From: Parcubacteria group bacterium | GTDB taxonomy: Bacteria; Patescibacteriota; Minisyncoccia; Phycocordibacterales; UBA2135 | Length of the DNA: 64,000 bases | Direction: 5' to 3' | Assembly (NCBI GenBank): GCA_016176785.1 | Contig: JACOWN010000004.1 | Span: 12,558 to 76,557 of the forward strand | Shown here: piece after piece, positions 23,218 through 33,900 of the stretch | Numbering within the stretch: the first letter of the stretch is position 1 | Layout of the letters: each line of letters starts with the position of its first letter | The notes under the pieces: model-generated | What the model was told of the DNA's origin: nothing | Database searches by the model: none | The model's input: only the letters and a program-made list of their open reading frames with translations | Position numbers and translations under genes: made by a program

Positions 23218-25164
23218 ATGATGCACAAGAAAAAACCTGCGTCTCGGCGCGCCCGAGAACTGTCCGCCGACGGAACGCTTCGCATCGGGAGGAACGGCAT
23301 CGGATATTTTCGCGGCGACGGCGCAGAGGAAGAAATTGAGATTGACCCCGCGTATTTGAACACCGCGCTCCACGGCGACCGCGTGCGCGTCCGCCTTGAC
23401 CCCGTGCGTCGGGAACCGCAAACCGGCGAGGTCGCGGCGATCCTTTCGCGCGCAAAAGAACGTTTCGTCGGAACGCTTAAAAAAGAAAACGGCGTTCTTT
23501 TCATTGACCCTGACGACCGCCGCATGTACACCGATATCATTATTCCGGAGGGAAAAAACAAAAACGCGCGCGTGGGTACCAAGGTGGTCGGGAAAATCGG
23601 TGCGTGGGACGACCCGAAAAAGAATCCGGTCGGCGAAGTGGCGCGCGTCCTCGGCGCGGTCGGGAACAATGAAGTGGAAATGGAGGCGATCGTCCTTGAC
23701 CGCGGTTTTGCATCAACCTTTCCCGAAGCGGCGGAGCGCGCGGCGCAGAGCTTGAAACGCGACGCGCCCCGCATGTTTAAAACGGAAGAAGCGATGCGGC
23801 GCGACCTCCGCGCGCACACCGTCTTCACCATTGACCCTGAAGACGCAAAGGACTTTGATGACGCGCTTTCGGTCCGCGCGCTTCCCAACGGCCGTTTTGA
23901 GGTCGGCGTGCACATTGCCGACCCGACGTTTTACGTCCCCCGCGGGTCGGTCCTCGACCGAGAGGCGGCGCTGCGCGGCACTTCGGTTTATCTCGTTGAC
24001 CGGACCATTCCCATGCTGCCGGAGGTGCTGTCAAACGATCTCTGCAGTTTGAATCCGGACGAAGACAAACTCTCCTTCTCCGCTATTTTTGAACTGACGG
24101 CGGACGCCGCCGTCACCGAGCGGTGGTTCGGCAAAACGATCATACGCTCGTCAAAACGGTTCTCCTACGAAGAAGCGCAAGAAGCGCTTGACAGCCGCCG
24201 CGGGCCGTACGTCGAACAGCTTCTCACGCTCAACCGCCTCTCACGCGCACTGGCGAAAAAACGCACGGACGCCGGCGCGATCGAGTTTGACCAGCGGGAG
24301 GTGCGCTTCAAGCTCGATTCCCGCGGCGTTCCGATCGGCGTCTACGAAAAACGGCGGCTTGCAACCCACAAACTTATTGAACAATTCATGGTGCTCGCCA
24401 ATAACGAAGTCGCGCACTTCATGTCAACGCGCGACAAAAAAATTGACGAGACGTTCGTATACCGCGTTCACGACATACCGAACGAAGAGCGCATGAACGA
24501 GATCGTCAACCTGATGCACGCGCTCGGGTACGATGTTCCGCGCGGCAAGACGCGATGGTCGGCCCGCGACGTGAACGCACTCCTTCAAATGGCAAAGGGC
24601 AAGGCGCATGAGGACATCGTGGAGCTTGCGACCATTCAGGCGATGGCGAAGGCGGTTTACTCAACAAAAAACATCGGGCATTTCGGCCTTTCGCTTTCCC
24701 ACTACACGCATTTCACCTCGCCCATACGCCGCTATCCCGACATGATGGCGCACCGCCTTCTTGCGCGCTATCTTGCGGGAGCGCGGGTCCCTGCCGGAGA
24801 TCTCCACGAGTACGAGGCGCTCTCGCGCTACGCGACGGAGCGGGAGATCGCGGCGCAAGATGCCGAGCGCGCCTCGCAGAAATTCAAACACGCCGAATAC
24901 ATGGCAAAACGGGTCGGCACAACGTACGACGGCACTATCACTGGCTTCACCGAGAAGGGAATGTTCGTCCGCACCGAAGAGACGCTTTCCGAGGGGATGG
25001 TCCGTTTCCGCGACATTAAAGACGACTACTACATGCTTGACGAGACGACCTTCAGCGTCGTGGGGCAGAAAAAGAAGCGAAAGTTCTCCCTCGGCGACAA
25101 AGTAAAAATACGCGTTAAAAACGTGAACGTAGAGAAGCGGCTGATCGATTTTGAATTCGCCTGA
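23218..25164 (+). CDS. rnr: ribonuclease R
   Basis: TIDPEDAKDFDDA, HFTSPIRRYPD, cold-shock domains and C-terminal S1 domain. Confidence 0.95.
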   Translation: MMHKKKPASRRARELSADGTLRIGRNGIGYFRGDGAEEEIEIDPAYLNTALHGDRVRVRLDPVRREPQTGEVAAILSRAKERFVGTLKKENGVLFIDPDDRRMYTDIIIPEGKNKNARVGTKVVGKIGAWDDPKKNPVGEVARVLGAVGNNEVEMEAIVLDRGFASTFPEAAERAAQSLKRDAPRMFKTEEAMRRDLRAHTVFTIDPEDAKDFDDALSVRALPNGRFEVGVHIADPTFYVPRGSVLDREAALRGTSVYLVDRTIPMLPEVLSNDLCSLNPDEDKLSFSAIFELTADAAVTERWFGKTIIRSSKRFSYEEAQEALDSRRGPYVEQLLTLNRLSRALAKKRTDAGAIEFDQREVRFKLDSRGVPIGVYEKRRLATHKLIEQFMVLANNEVAHFMSTRDKKIDETFVYRVHDIPNEERMNEIVNLMHALGYDVPRGKTRWSARDVNALLQMAKGKAHEDIVELATIQAMAKAVYSTKNIGHFGLSLSHYTHFTSPIRRYPDMMAHRLLARYLAGARVPAGDLHEYEALSRYATEREIAAQDAERASQKFKHAEYMAKRVGTTYDGTITGFTEKGMFVRTEETLSEGMVRFRDIKDDYYMLDETTFSVVGQKKKRKFSLGDKVKIRVKNVNVEKRLIDFEFA

Positions 25165-25167
25165 TAA

Positions 25168-25219
25168 TGTAGAACATCGGGTGTTGAACAAAACAATGTT
25201 CAACATCGGGTGTTGAACA
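25168..25219. repeat. two tandem copies of the 23-bp REP-like palindrome
   Basis: 25168-25190 (TGTAGAACA variant) and 25197-25219 (exact), between convergent rnr and rplU. Confidence 0.9.
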
Positions 25220-25258
25220 AGCGGTGTCACGGAAAATGGAGGCGTAACGCCTCCATTT

Positions 25259-25567
25259 TTATTTCACTTTTATTTTTGCGTACGGCTGCCGATGGCCCCT
25301 TTTCTTGTGGTAACGGACCTTCGCGCGAAAACGGACGACGGTTACCTTTTTCCCCCTCCCCTCCTCAACGAACTCCGCCTCAACCTTCGCCCCTTCTACG
25401 TACGGCGTCCCGATTTTTGTTTCCGTGCCGTCATCCCACAGAAGCACTTTATCAAACACCACCGTGTCACCGGCGGCATGCCCTCCCCCGAGTTTTTCTA
25501 TTTTCAGTGCTTTTCCCGGCTCCACTTTATACTGCTTTCCGCCGGTTTCAATAATCGCGAATTTCAT
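25259..25567 (-). CDS. rplU: 50S ribosomal protein L21
   Basis: MKFAIIETGGKQYKV...GHRQPY. Confidence 0.97.
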   Translation of the reverse strand: MKFAIIETGGKQYKVEPGKALKIEKLGGGHAAGDTVVFDKVLLWDDGTETKIGTPYVEGAKVEAEFVEEGRGKKVTVVRFRAKVRYHKKRGHRQPYAKIKVK

Positions 25568-25606
25568 AGTGCTCTTATCCTAGATGCAAAGAAGCCAAAA
25601 GTCAAA

Positions 25607-26668
25607 CTACTCTTCACCCATCTGCGGTTTCTCAAGAAAAAGCGGCTCGACGCCCGCGTCTTTTCCCGTTATGCGAACGACGTCTTTGTCAATTTTCTTA
25701 AACTCCTTGTGCGCCGCGTTGTAATGCGACACCGTCGTCTGCAGCGAACCGCCGAGTTTGTGCAAAAAGCCGTCGTAACTTTCAATGTGCCGCCCCAACT
25801 CCCCCACCCGTTTGATGATCCCCTCCGCCCGCTCCTCGATCTGGAGCGCTCGCAGGCCCTGCAGTACGGTCTGGAGATACGCGAGGAACGAGGTCGGCGA
25901 GACAATGATGACTTTATATTTGCTTGCGGCGCGCTGGATAAGATTTTCGGTGTCGTCGGTCACCGCGCCGATCTTGTTGACAAGGAGGTCGTAATAGATC
26001 GCCTCGTGCGGGATGAACATAAAAGCGAAGTTCATCGTGCGCTCATCAGGCCGCACGTATTTGGCCGTTTCAACGATCCGATTCTTGAGGTCGTTCACGA
26101 ACACCTTTTCAAGACGCTCGCGCTCGGTCGGGTCTTTTGCCTCCGCGAGGCGGTTGTAATTTTCAAGCGAGAATTTGGAGTCAATGGGGATGATGCGGTC
26201 TTTCACAAAAACCACGGCGTCAACGATCTCGCCGTTGGAAAACGCGTACTGCATCTGGTAGTCGTCCGCGGAGAGAACATTTTTGAGGAGCGTTTCAAGG
26301 TAATACTCGCCGAGCACTCCCCGCTGTTTCGGATTCTTCAATATGTCCTGAAGATTTTGAAGCTGTTCGGCGAAACCGACCACCTGACGCCCCGTCTCTT
26401 TAACCGAGGTCAGCTCCTTGGTGATCTCTTTGATGAGGCTGTGCGATGCGCTGTATTGCTCGCGCATGGAATCGTGCATCTGCCGCTGCGATTCCCCCAG
26501 ACGGTCATCAAGCGTCTTGGTAAGCGCGGCGATCTGGTTCTGTATAAGCGTCAAACTGCCGACGCCGCTGTCGGCGCTTCGCTCCCGCGAGCGAAAGAGG
26601 GCCCAAAGGAAAATCCCCGCCGCAAGAGCGCCGACCGTGATACCGATGCCGAGCAGGAAGTAATTCAT
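25607..26668 (-). CDS. rmuC: DNA recombination protein RmuC
   Basis: N-terminal TM and coiled coil, KQRGVLGE, IPIDSKF, FAFMFIPHEAIY, SPTS. Confidence 0.92.
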   Translation of the reverse strand: MNYFLLGIGITVGALAAGIFLWALFRSRERSADSGVGSLTLIQNQIAALTKTLDDRLGESQRQMHDSMREQYSASHSLIKEITKELTSVKETGRQVVGFAEQLQNLQDILKNPKQRGVLGEYYLETLLKNVLSADDYQMQYAFSNGEIVDAVVFVKDRIIPIDSKFSLENYNRLAEAKDPTERERLEKVFVNDLKNRIVETAKYVRPDERTMNFAFMFIPHEAIYYDLLVNKIGAVTDDTENLIQRAASKYKVIIVSPTSFLAYLQTVLQGLRALQIEERAEGIIKRVGELGRHIESYDGFLHKLGGSLQTTVSHYNAAHKEFKKIDKDVVRITGKDAGVEPLFLEKPQMGEE

Positions 26669-26688
26669 GGGTTATGTGACCGCCGAGC

Positions 26689-27645
26689 TCAGAGAAGCAG
26701 GCTCGCGGCAAAAAAGCCGAAGTATACCAAGAGTAGCATGACCGCTTCAAAACGGGTAATCCGATTCGCGGTGTAAACGAACAGGTGAAAAAAGAGGAAC
26801 GCGATAAAGAGAGCCGCCGCAACGAACACGAAATTCTCCGTCGTTTCAATGACGATGGGCTGTATAATGGCGACGAGACCGACGACCGCCGCCGCCTTGA
26901 ACGCAATGGAGCCGAGCGCGTTGCCGAGCATCGCCTGCGCTTGTCCCGCCGCAACGGCGCGGATCGAGAAAATGAGTTCCGGCAATACGGTGCCGAGTGC
27001 GAGCACGATCGCGCCGAACAAAAGGTACTGCGACGCGAAATAGGTTTGAACGATCTCCCGCGCGGACCATATCAACAAAAATGAACTCGCGAGCAGGACG
27101 GCGACGCCGAGCAAAAAACGGGAAAGATGATGAAAGACATGCCCCACCGAACGCAGGCCCGGATGACGGTGGGCGGGCGTCATTTCTTTGTGGAAATACT
27201 CTTTGTCGCGAAAAATTTTTATGAGGTAGAGCGCGAAAACGCCGATGAGCACAAAACCGTCGCCGCGCGATATCGTCCCGTCCGCGCCCAAAAGGATGGG
27301 GAGGACGCCGATCAAAAAAATAAGCCAGAAATTTTGCGACGATATCCTGCCGTCCCCGCGCACCGCTCCGGAAATGATGACCGCCGCGCCTATGACGAGC
27401 GTGATGTCCGCAAGATTTGAGCCGAAAATGTTGCCGAGCGAAAGTGTCGGCACCCCCTGGAACGCGGATGAGATGCCGATAAAAAGCTCCGGAACCGACG
27501 TTGCGAGCGCCACGAAAAAAAAGGCGGTGATGAACTGCGAAAGTTTCAATATCTCCGCGATGCCGCCGACTGCGCGCGGAAGCAATCGTCCCGCCCAGGT
27601 GATAAGCGCCAGCGATCCGGCAAAAATGAAAAAGGAGAAGTCCAT
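26689..27645 (-). CDS. sodium:calcium antiporter (CaCA/YrbG-like)
   Basis: Two repeats: ATSVPEL..GNIFGSN and GTVLPEL..GNALGS; about 10 TM segments. Confidence 0.88.
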   Translation of the reverse strand: MDFSFFIFAGSLALITWAGRLLPRAVGGIAEILKLSQFITAFFFVALATSVPELFIGISSAFQGVPTLSLGNIFGSNLADITLVIGAAVIISGAVRGDGRISSQNFWLIFLIGVLPILLGADGTISRGDGFVLIGVFALYLIKIFRDKEYFHKEMTPAHRHPGLRSVGHVFHHLSRFLLGVAVLLASSFLLIWSAREIVQTYFASQYLLFGAIVLALGTVLPELIFSIRAVAAGQAQAMLGNALGSIAFKAAAVVGLVAIIQPIVIETTENFVFVAAALFIAFLFFHLFVYTANRITRFEAVMLLLVYFGFFAASLLL

Positions 27646-27751
27646 ATATGACACTTTTATTATACCATGCGCGCCAGTGAGACGTTATTGGCGTACCGTG
27701 TGGTATGATAAAAAGACGAACGCATCATAATGCATTTTTTATAAAACCCGC

Positions 27752-28207
27752 ATGACATTACACGAACAAATACAACGCGACGTGAAGGAAGCGCTTAAGG
27801 CGCGGGACGAAGCGCGTTTGCGCGCCGCGCGGAACCTTCTCGCGGCACTCACGAACGAACTTGTCGCGAAACGGCAAAAACCGAATGAGATACTTTCCGA
27901 CGAAAACACGCTCGCCGTGGTAAAACGGCTCGCGAAACAGCGGCGCGAATCGATCGAACTCTACGAGAAAGGGGGGAGGCCGGAACTTGCGGCGGCGGAA
28001 CGCGCGGAGCTCGGCTATCTTGAGGGCTTTCTTCCGGAACTCATGTCCGAGGATGAGATCCGCGCGGTTGTTATGAGTAAAAAAGCGGAACTCAACATAA
28101 CCGACGCCGCAGGCGTCGGGCGCCTCACGGGCGCCGTCATGCAGGCACTCAAAGGCCGCGCCGATGGAGCGCGCGTGAAAGCGATAGTTGAGGAACTTTT
28201 GCGCTAG
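27752..28207 (+). CDS. yqeY: GatB/YqeY domain protein
   Basis: KQRRESIELYEKGGRPELAAAE, LP..MSEDEI, GRADG. Confidence 0.9.
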   Translation: MTLHEQIQRDVKEALKARDEARLRAARNLLAALTNELVAKRQKPNEILSDENTLAVVKRLAKQRRESIELYEKGGRPELAAAERAELGYLEGFLPELMSEDEIRAVVMSKKAELNITDAAGVGRLTGAVMQALKGRADGARVKAIVEELLR

Positions 28208-28209
28208 GG

Positions 28210-28242
28210 TGTGGATAACCCGCCCCAAGGACGGTCCTTTTT
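28210..28242 (+). repeat. DnaA-box-like + palindrome composite downstream of yqeY
   Basis: TGTGGATAA 28210-18, 8-nt spacer, AAGGACGGTCCTT 28227-39, then T tract. Confidence 0.85.
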
Positions 28243-28325
28243 GGGCCTTAATTGACAGTGGAGGCGTCACCTGTTAGTTTCAAGATAGGAAAACTTGCGC
28301 CCAGACAGGAAGGGCAAAGAAACAA

Positions 28326-29033
28326 ATGCGCATATCCCGCCGTGTAGTGACCGTTGCTCTGCTCTTTCTTGGTCTTACAATCATTCCGGTACTCGCCGCA
28401 CCAGATGCTCCCCAGATAAGCGAGGACGAAGCGCGCGAAGCGATGCGCGCAAAGACCTCTCTTGAAATCGCTGCTCGGAACGATCTGAGCTGGGAGGAGC
28501 TCGGGAGAGCGATCCCGCTTCGCGGACTCAAACTTGAATACACCGCAACGGATGAAGATGTCGGCGAGACGATTCTCAAGACCGGCGGGATCACGCGCGA
28601 AAAAGCGGCGATGTCTATCTTCAGGAGAGCTGAACTGGAAATCGTTCAGGCATTTTTGGAGGGAAATCCAAATCGTGCGTATGAGGTCTTTGTGAAAATG
28701 CTTGCGGAGGTGCACGCGAAGCTCGTCGCCTATCTCAACCTTCCCCGCGGCAGTTCCTGGGAAGCTATCCGGCGCGTAAGCGCTTTGAAACAACTCGGGC
28801 TTGAACGCGACTACTCCGGCGACGGCGTGGCGCGTATGTCCGTCGGGGAAATCGGCAGGTATTTCGTAGCACAGTGGCGAGAGAGTTTCGCCGGAAACCT
28901 CGACATGCCGAGAGAAGCGCCGTGGGAAGAGTTGTTCCGGCGGGTTTGGATGCGAGAGGTCGGCCTTCCGGATGATGCGCCGACGACGACATGGCGGGAC
29001 ATATTCATTTTGGACGCCGCAAACACGAAGTAG
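28326..29033 (+). CDS. hypothetical secreted protein
   Basis: Signal peptide ending VLA-AP; own promoter TTGACA(28252)-17-TAGTTT; terminator hairpin 29056-29085. Confidence 0.7.
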   Translation: MRISRRVVTVALLFLGLTIIPVLAAPDAPQISEDEAREAMRAKTSLEIAARNDLSWEELGRAIPLRGLKLEYTATDEDVGETILKTGGITREKAAMSIFRRAELEIVQAFLEGNPNRAYEVFVKMLAEVHAKLVAYLNLPRGSSWEAIRRVSALKQLGLERDYSGDGVARMSVGEIGRYFVAQWRESFAGNLDMPREAPWEELFRRVWMREVGLPDDAPTTTWRDIFILDAANTK

Positions 29034-29158
29034 CGATTTCGGGGTCATGCGTTTGAACCGGCAGACCGTCTGCCGGTTTTTTCTTTGCGCCGTAAAGGGT
29101 TGATTTTTTTAGAAATAATGTTACAATGTAAAAAGCATAGAACGACGGGGGGTGAAAA

Positions 29159-29455
29159 ATGGACGATATCTCGCAGCTAGTAAGTCACGCGGCACGTAAA
29201 ATCGCGGGGGGAGACAACCCCGTTGCCGCGGTGCGCGCGACGCTCAAAAACCTTCGCGGGATGCTTCCCGCGGAAGAGTACGAGACGTTGAAGAGTAATA
29301 TATTTAGAGAGCTCGGTCGGAGAGGCGCCGCCGCGCGAAAGGCAAGGCGGCGCGCTCGAGAAGCGGAGAAAGAGAGGCGCCGCGCCGTCCTTGAACAAGA
29401 CATGGCGGACGCGGCAATGGAACGCAACGACCACCTCCTCCCCGATGACGACTAG
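29159..29455 (+). CDS. hypothetical small helical/basic protein
   Basis: GGGGGTG SD, upstream TTGATT..TACAAT promoter, terminator directly after the stop. Confidence 0.65.
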   Translation: MDDISQLVSHAARKIAGGDNPVAAVRATLKNLRGMLPAEEYETLKSNIFRELGRRGAAARKARRRAREAEKERRRAVLEQDMADAAMERNDHLLPDDD

Positions 29456-29500
29456 AGGCCCGCGCTGGCCTCTTTTTCTTTTGCGTTATACTTGAGGGGT

Positions 29501-30175
29501 ATGAACGAACTCGTCAATTATTTAATCGCCGGCGGCGTTCTCAAGACGCCCCGCCTCATTGCGGCATTCCGCGCCATAGATCGCGCGGAGTTCGTTCTGC
29601 CGGAATTGAAACACGAAGCGTATCTTGATGTTCCCCTTTCAATCGGTTACGGCCAGACCATTTCCCAGCCGACGACGGTCGCCATGCTTCTTGAGTGGCT
29701 CCAACCGAAAGAGGGAAACAAAATCTTGGACGTCGGTTCCGGTTCCGGCTGGACAACGGCTCTTCTCTCCTCAATCGTCGGCGCAACAGGCCGCGTCATT
29801 GGCGTAGAATTAATTTCCGAACTCGCGGAGTTCGGGAGGCAAAACGTCGCAAAATACAACTTTATTAAAACAGGCATCGCCGAACTCAGGAACGAAAGCG
29901 CGGAATACGGTTTTCCCAAAGACGCTCCCTTTGACCGCATTCTCTCCGGAGCATCTGCAACGCGCGTGCCGTCGGCGTGGAGGGAACAGCTCGCCGTCGG
30001 CGGACGCATGGTTCTGCCCGTCAAAGATTCGGTCTGGCTGTTCGTCAAAAATCCCGACGGCTCGTTCGCTGAGGAGGAATACCCCGGCTTTGCCTTTGTC
30101 CCCTTCGTAAAGGGGACCGACGAACCTGAAAAGGACGGTTCTTTTTCAAGTTATCCACATGTGGATAACCCCTAA
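29501..30175 (+). CDS. pcm: protein-L-isoaspartate O-methyltransferase
   Basis: IGYGQTISQP, LDVGSGSGW, APFDRI, FAFVPF. Confidence 0.92.
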   Translation: MNELVNYLIAGGVLKTPRLIAAFRAIDRAEFVLPELKHEAYLDVPLSIGYGQTISQPTTVAMLLEWLQPKEGNKILDVGSGSGWTTALLSSIVGATGRVIGVELISELAEFGRQNVAKYNFIKTGIAELRNESAEYGFPKDAPFDRILSGASATRVPSAWREQLAVGGRMVLPVKDSVWLFVKNPDGSFAEEEYPGFAFVPFVKGTDEPEKDGSFSSYPHVDNP

Positions 30176-30205
30176 AAGGACCGTCCTTGGCGGTGTTTAT
30201 CCACA
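30129..30205. repeat. cluster of DnaA-box-like + palindrome composites at the convergent pcm/mpg ends
   Basis: AAGGACGGTTCTT 30131-43; TTATCCACA 30151-59; TGTGGATAA 30160-68; AAGGACCGTCCTT 30176-88; TTATCCACA 30197-205. Confidence 0.88.
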
Positions 30206-30798
30206 GGGTATACGAAGCGATATGGCTTTTTTGACCACACGGGACCAGCGTAGCGGATGCCGATCCTCGGCGTTCGCTGGATGTCCCTCGTTTTTATTTT
30301 AATCCCCCTGTCTTCTATCCAGAGCCCCGTCTTGAAACCGAGTTTTTTTGCGTTGAGCTTTTTGCCAATCTTAAGCGCTCTCGTTAATTTTCCCGGCCCG
30401 TCAAACCTCCGGATATCGGACTCCCGTCTAACGGGCGCAACCCCGCGGATCAAAATTGCCGCCGGATACCCGCGCTTTCCCGTCACGATGTTCAACATCC
30501 AGTGCATGCCATAAGTGAAATACACATATATGCGCCCCGCCTCGCCGAACATCACTTCATTCCGCGCGGTTCTTCTCCTGTGCGCGTGAGACGCTTTGTC
30601 GCGGAAACCGTCATACGCTTCCGTCTCGGTAATCATCGCGGCGATTTCCCGCCTCCCCATTTTCCGCACCAAAAATTTTCCCACGAGCTCCCGCGCGACC
30701 GTAACGGTCGCGCGGGTAAAAAACGCCGCTGTAAGTTTTTTTCGGCCCGTTGATGTTCGGCGTGATGCCCGGTGAATATATGTTGCCGTATCTCCCAC
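30172..30798 (-). CDS. mpg: DNA-3-methyladenine glycosylase (MPG/AAG family)
   Basis: ITETEAY, DKASHA, YVYFTYGMHWMLNIV, GPGKL, TPRIGI; start (GTG 30798) uncertain. Confidence 0.9.
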   Translation of the reverse strand: MGDTATYIHRASRRTSTGRKKLTAAFFTRATVTVARELVGKFLVRKMGRREIAAMITETEAYDGFRDKASHAHRRRTARNEVMFGEAGRIYVYFTYGMHWMLNIVTGKRGYPAAILIRGVAPVRRESDIRRFDGPGKLTRALKIGKKLNAKKLGFKTGLWIEDRGIKIKTRDIQRTPRIGIRYAGPVWSKKPYRFVYPVDKHRQGRSF

Positions 30799-30977
30799 AT
30801 TAAAAACTATATCACATGCCGGCCGCCGCCAGACGGAGACGCCCACGCACGGAGAGGCCGCGAAGGCACATTAGACAATCTTTGTTTTTTTGCACAAGTT
30901 GAGGCCGCGCCGAGGTGCGGATAAAATGGAGGCAGAAAACACGGCGCCCTCCCCCTTTCTCGGAGTATCCGACAGAC

Positions 30978-33900
30978 ATGTCGAACCGACTATATCCGTT
31001 TGACGAAAGCCGCCTCAAGTCGCTCTTTGAAAATTTTACCGGAGAACCTTTCAGAGCAGAGCTTGAGAAATACATCCGCGAGGAAATACTTCCCAAAATT
31101 CCCAACCCCAAGACTGGAGCGCGCGGCAACGCCCTGAATCCCGCGCTACGCGCCGCCATTGAATACGGCAGACGTCACGGCCTTTTGAAGCCCGGGCATT
31201 TGGTGATGAGTTCCGCGCTTGACGCCTGGAACGAGGAACAAAAAAAGCGTTTCCGCGAACTCTACGAAAGCGGCGCCTCGTATCGCGCCATCGCGGAGGA
31301 CCCGCTTCTCAAAGACGCTATCGCCGATTTCAAAAGCCGCACCACCGCCGTCAGCAATGCCGCGGAGCGTCTCAGGTGCGACAAGGCGAAGCGGCGGCAG
31401 GCGAAAAGAACGACTCACGAAGCAAAGAAAATTGACTCCGTATGGGGCCTGCCGGGATTCAAGGAGCGCGTGCACGCCATCGTATTGAGCGGCGCATTGG
31501 TTGATTCGGGTCCAGATGCGCTTTTTGAACTCCTTCGTAAGGAGTTTGCCGAAACCGCCAAAACATACCACCTTACGTTCAGCAAGAGCGCCTTCAAAAA
31601 GCGGCTTTACGAGCTTCTCTGGCCCCCGGACGTCGACAAGGCGCTCCAAGAGGTGATACGGGCTCGTATGGACCCCAAAAAAGAGTTCTGCCCGCTTTTC
31701 CCCCATATTCCGGAGAGCATGGTAGAACGCCGTGCGCGGTGGCACCGCGGCGTTATCACAACCAGCAAACGTTCAGGCAGGGCGGTGCCCGGTATTTTCC
31801 GCGTTCCCGCGCGAGCCGAGTTCGGCGACCTTTCAAAGTTCCGCATGCCGCAGACAAGTTTTCGCAAGCCATGTGAAATTGCGTTTGCGGACGACAAAAA
31901 CGACTGGACGCTTATGTTTCTGAACGGCGCAAATATCGGAACGCAGTATCCCGCGGACATCGTCGGCAATCCCGTGCGACGCGCGCTTTCTGACGCCGAG
32001 TTTCGGGGTGACCGCGTCGTGTTCGCGACAAACATCCTCGCCATGGAACTCAAGAAGGCCGCTGGCCCACGCAAAGTGGGACGCGCGCTTGTTATGGGCG
32101 ACAATATCAACACTAAAATCTTTGCGGATGAAGAATACCGCCGCGAAGTTGAGGACATTATTGCCAATGCCCCTGAAGACGAGGTTGCATATCAGAACGC
32201 GGAGGAACTCTTGGACAATCTTCTCGCGGGCTGGAGAAAAATCTGCGTCAAACCGAATAAAAAACCGGAATTCACGAGATCAATTTTCGTCATCCTCGGC
32301 TACAACGAAGAAGAAATCATCAAAACAATCGCGTACTGGGACGTGCATTACTGGACCCAACTGAAACAAAACGAATTGAGCGCGAAGATAAAAGTTACCT
32401 CTCTTGCGCTTGCGGCAGCCGAAAGAAACGATGACTGGACGCGTTTTGCCGAGAATGAACGCCGTCTAGAAATCCTGCAGGAGCGCCTTAATCGTACGCG
32501 CGTGACGAATGTTGCGACCCAGGAGTGGCAACGTTTTTACAATCGCGCCCGCGCGCTCGTCGTACGGAAAATTGAACGGGCGATCCCGAACGCAAAAGTC
32601 ATCGGCCAAGGAACGACACTCGTAAAGATCGACGGCGAGATTATTGAAATTAATATTCCGCATCATGACAGAGTAACCGACGCGCTCCTCAAGAACTATG
32701 CCGGAAATTACGGACCGAGGAATCTCCGAGAAATGCTCGCAAAGACCGTCGTTATCTGCGGTCCATGGGGAATCCAGTTCCGCGGGACGGTCCGCGAAGC
32801 CGATTACGACGGCAAGCGCGGTTCAGCGAAGATTTTTGTCGCGCCGATCGATGTTGACGATGCATACCTCCGCGAGATTCTTGCGGACACGGTAAAATCC
32901 GAACACCCGCTTGCAAGGGCGATGTCAAATGACCAGTTTTTCCCCGGCGTTTTGCGCTTAAGCCGCGCCAATGGCGTAATTGATGCGGATTTCGTTCCCG
33001 TCAAAGCGCTTGAGGCGCATAAAAAATATCCCAAACCGCGGCGCCAGAACCGGGATAGCGTAAGGCATTTTTCGCCTTACGCGCAAGGTACAAAGTACAT
33101 CTGGATAGAAATTCCCTCGGACCCTCATTGGGGCGGGCGCTCAAAGGAGTTCGTCACCGATAAGGCAAGCGGCAAGCGTCTCGGCATGGGTGAAGCGGTA
33201 TTTGAGATGCAGCGCCGCGAGGGGCTCTGCGTAGGCACAGCGATGCCGGTGCATATTGTCGCGGTTTGCGATGACCCCTCGCAAGGGCAGAACTTTCCCG
33301 CGCGCACGCAGCCGCATCCGCACGAACTCTCGCCGCAGCGCATTGAAGAGCTTTCGCTCGCACTCATGAAACATGCGGACCGCATACAAGATCCCCAGGA
33401 ATTCCGCGAAATCCTCCGCTCAATGAACCGATTCTACAGTTACCAAATTGAAACTCGCGCCGCTGATTTCCCGCACCACCAGATGTTCCAAATGATCGAA
33501 CGACAAATCATGCCGAATGCGGATATTTGGAGCGCGGTGCTCCGTCGCGCGCGACATGCCGGGCTTGTTGTTCGCGGCTTGAGCGCGTTCCCCGAAGCGC
33601 GCGAAGCATACGCGCTTGCGCGGGAAGACACGCGCGATGTCGGCATCTTGAACTTCGGCTCCGGAAACCACATGGAACACACGGTGAACGGAGAGATTAT
33701 TGAGGGACCGTTCTATGCGTTTATCCTCCGGCTTTTGCTCGGGAAACAGGACGAATGGCACGGCGAGGAGGAATTTCTCCGCCGCATGGTCGCCGCGCCG
33801 CATTACAGCGGCAAAGCGATCGGTTGGGGACGATTCCGCGTCGGTAACGGTTATGAATACGGCCTCGAAGTGCGCGACTCGCCTCCTCGGATGAGCGGCT

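Noticed and set aside
22967-23455. N-terminal extension making S16 297 aa
   Set aside because: It overlaps rnr and the structured intergenic region. Canonical S16 starts at 22966 with its own promoter.
25168-25219. CRISPR array from the tandem palindromes
   Set aside because: Only two units with a 6-nt gap; no spacers and no cas genes.
25292-26776. Long + strand ORF (494 aa) and similar ORFs such as 5949-7238, 15345-16409 and 38952-40160
   Set aside because: Antisense shadows of well-supported genes in GC-rich DNA; no recognisable motifs.
30129-30205. oriC suggested by clustered DnaA boxes
   Set aside because: The boxes overlap coding ends, there is no AT-rich unwinding element or dnaA/dnaN nearby, and the same motif is dispersed over six loci.
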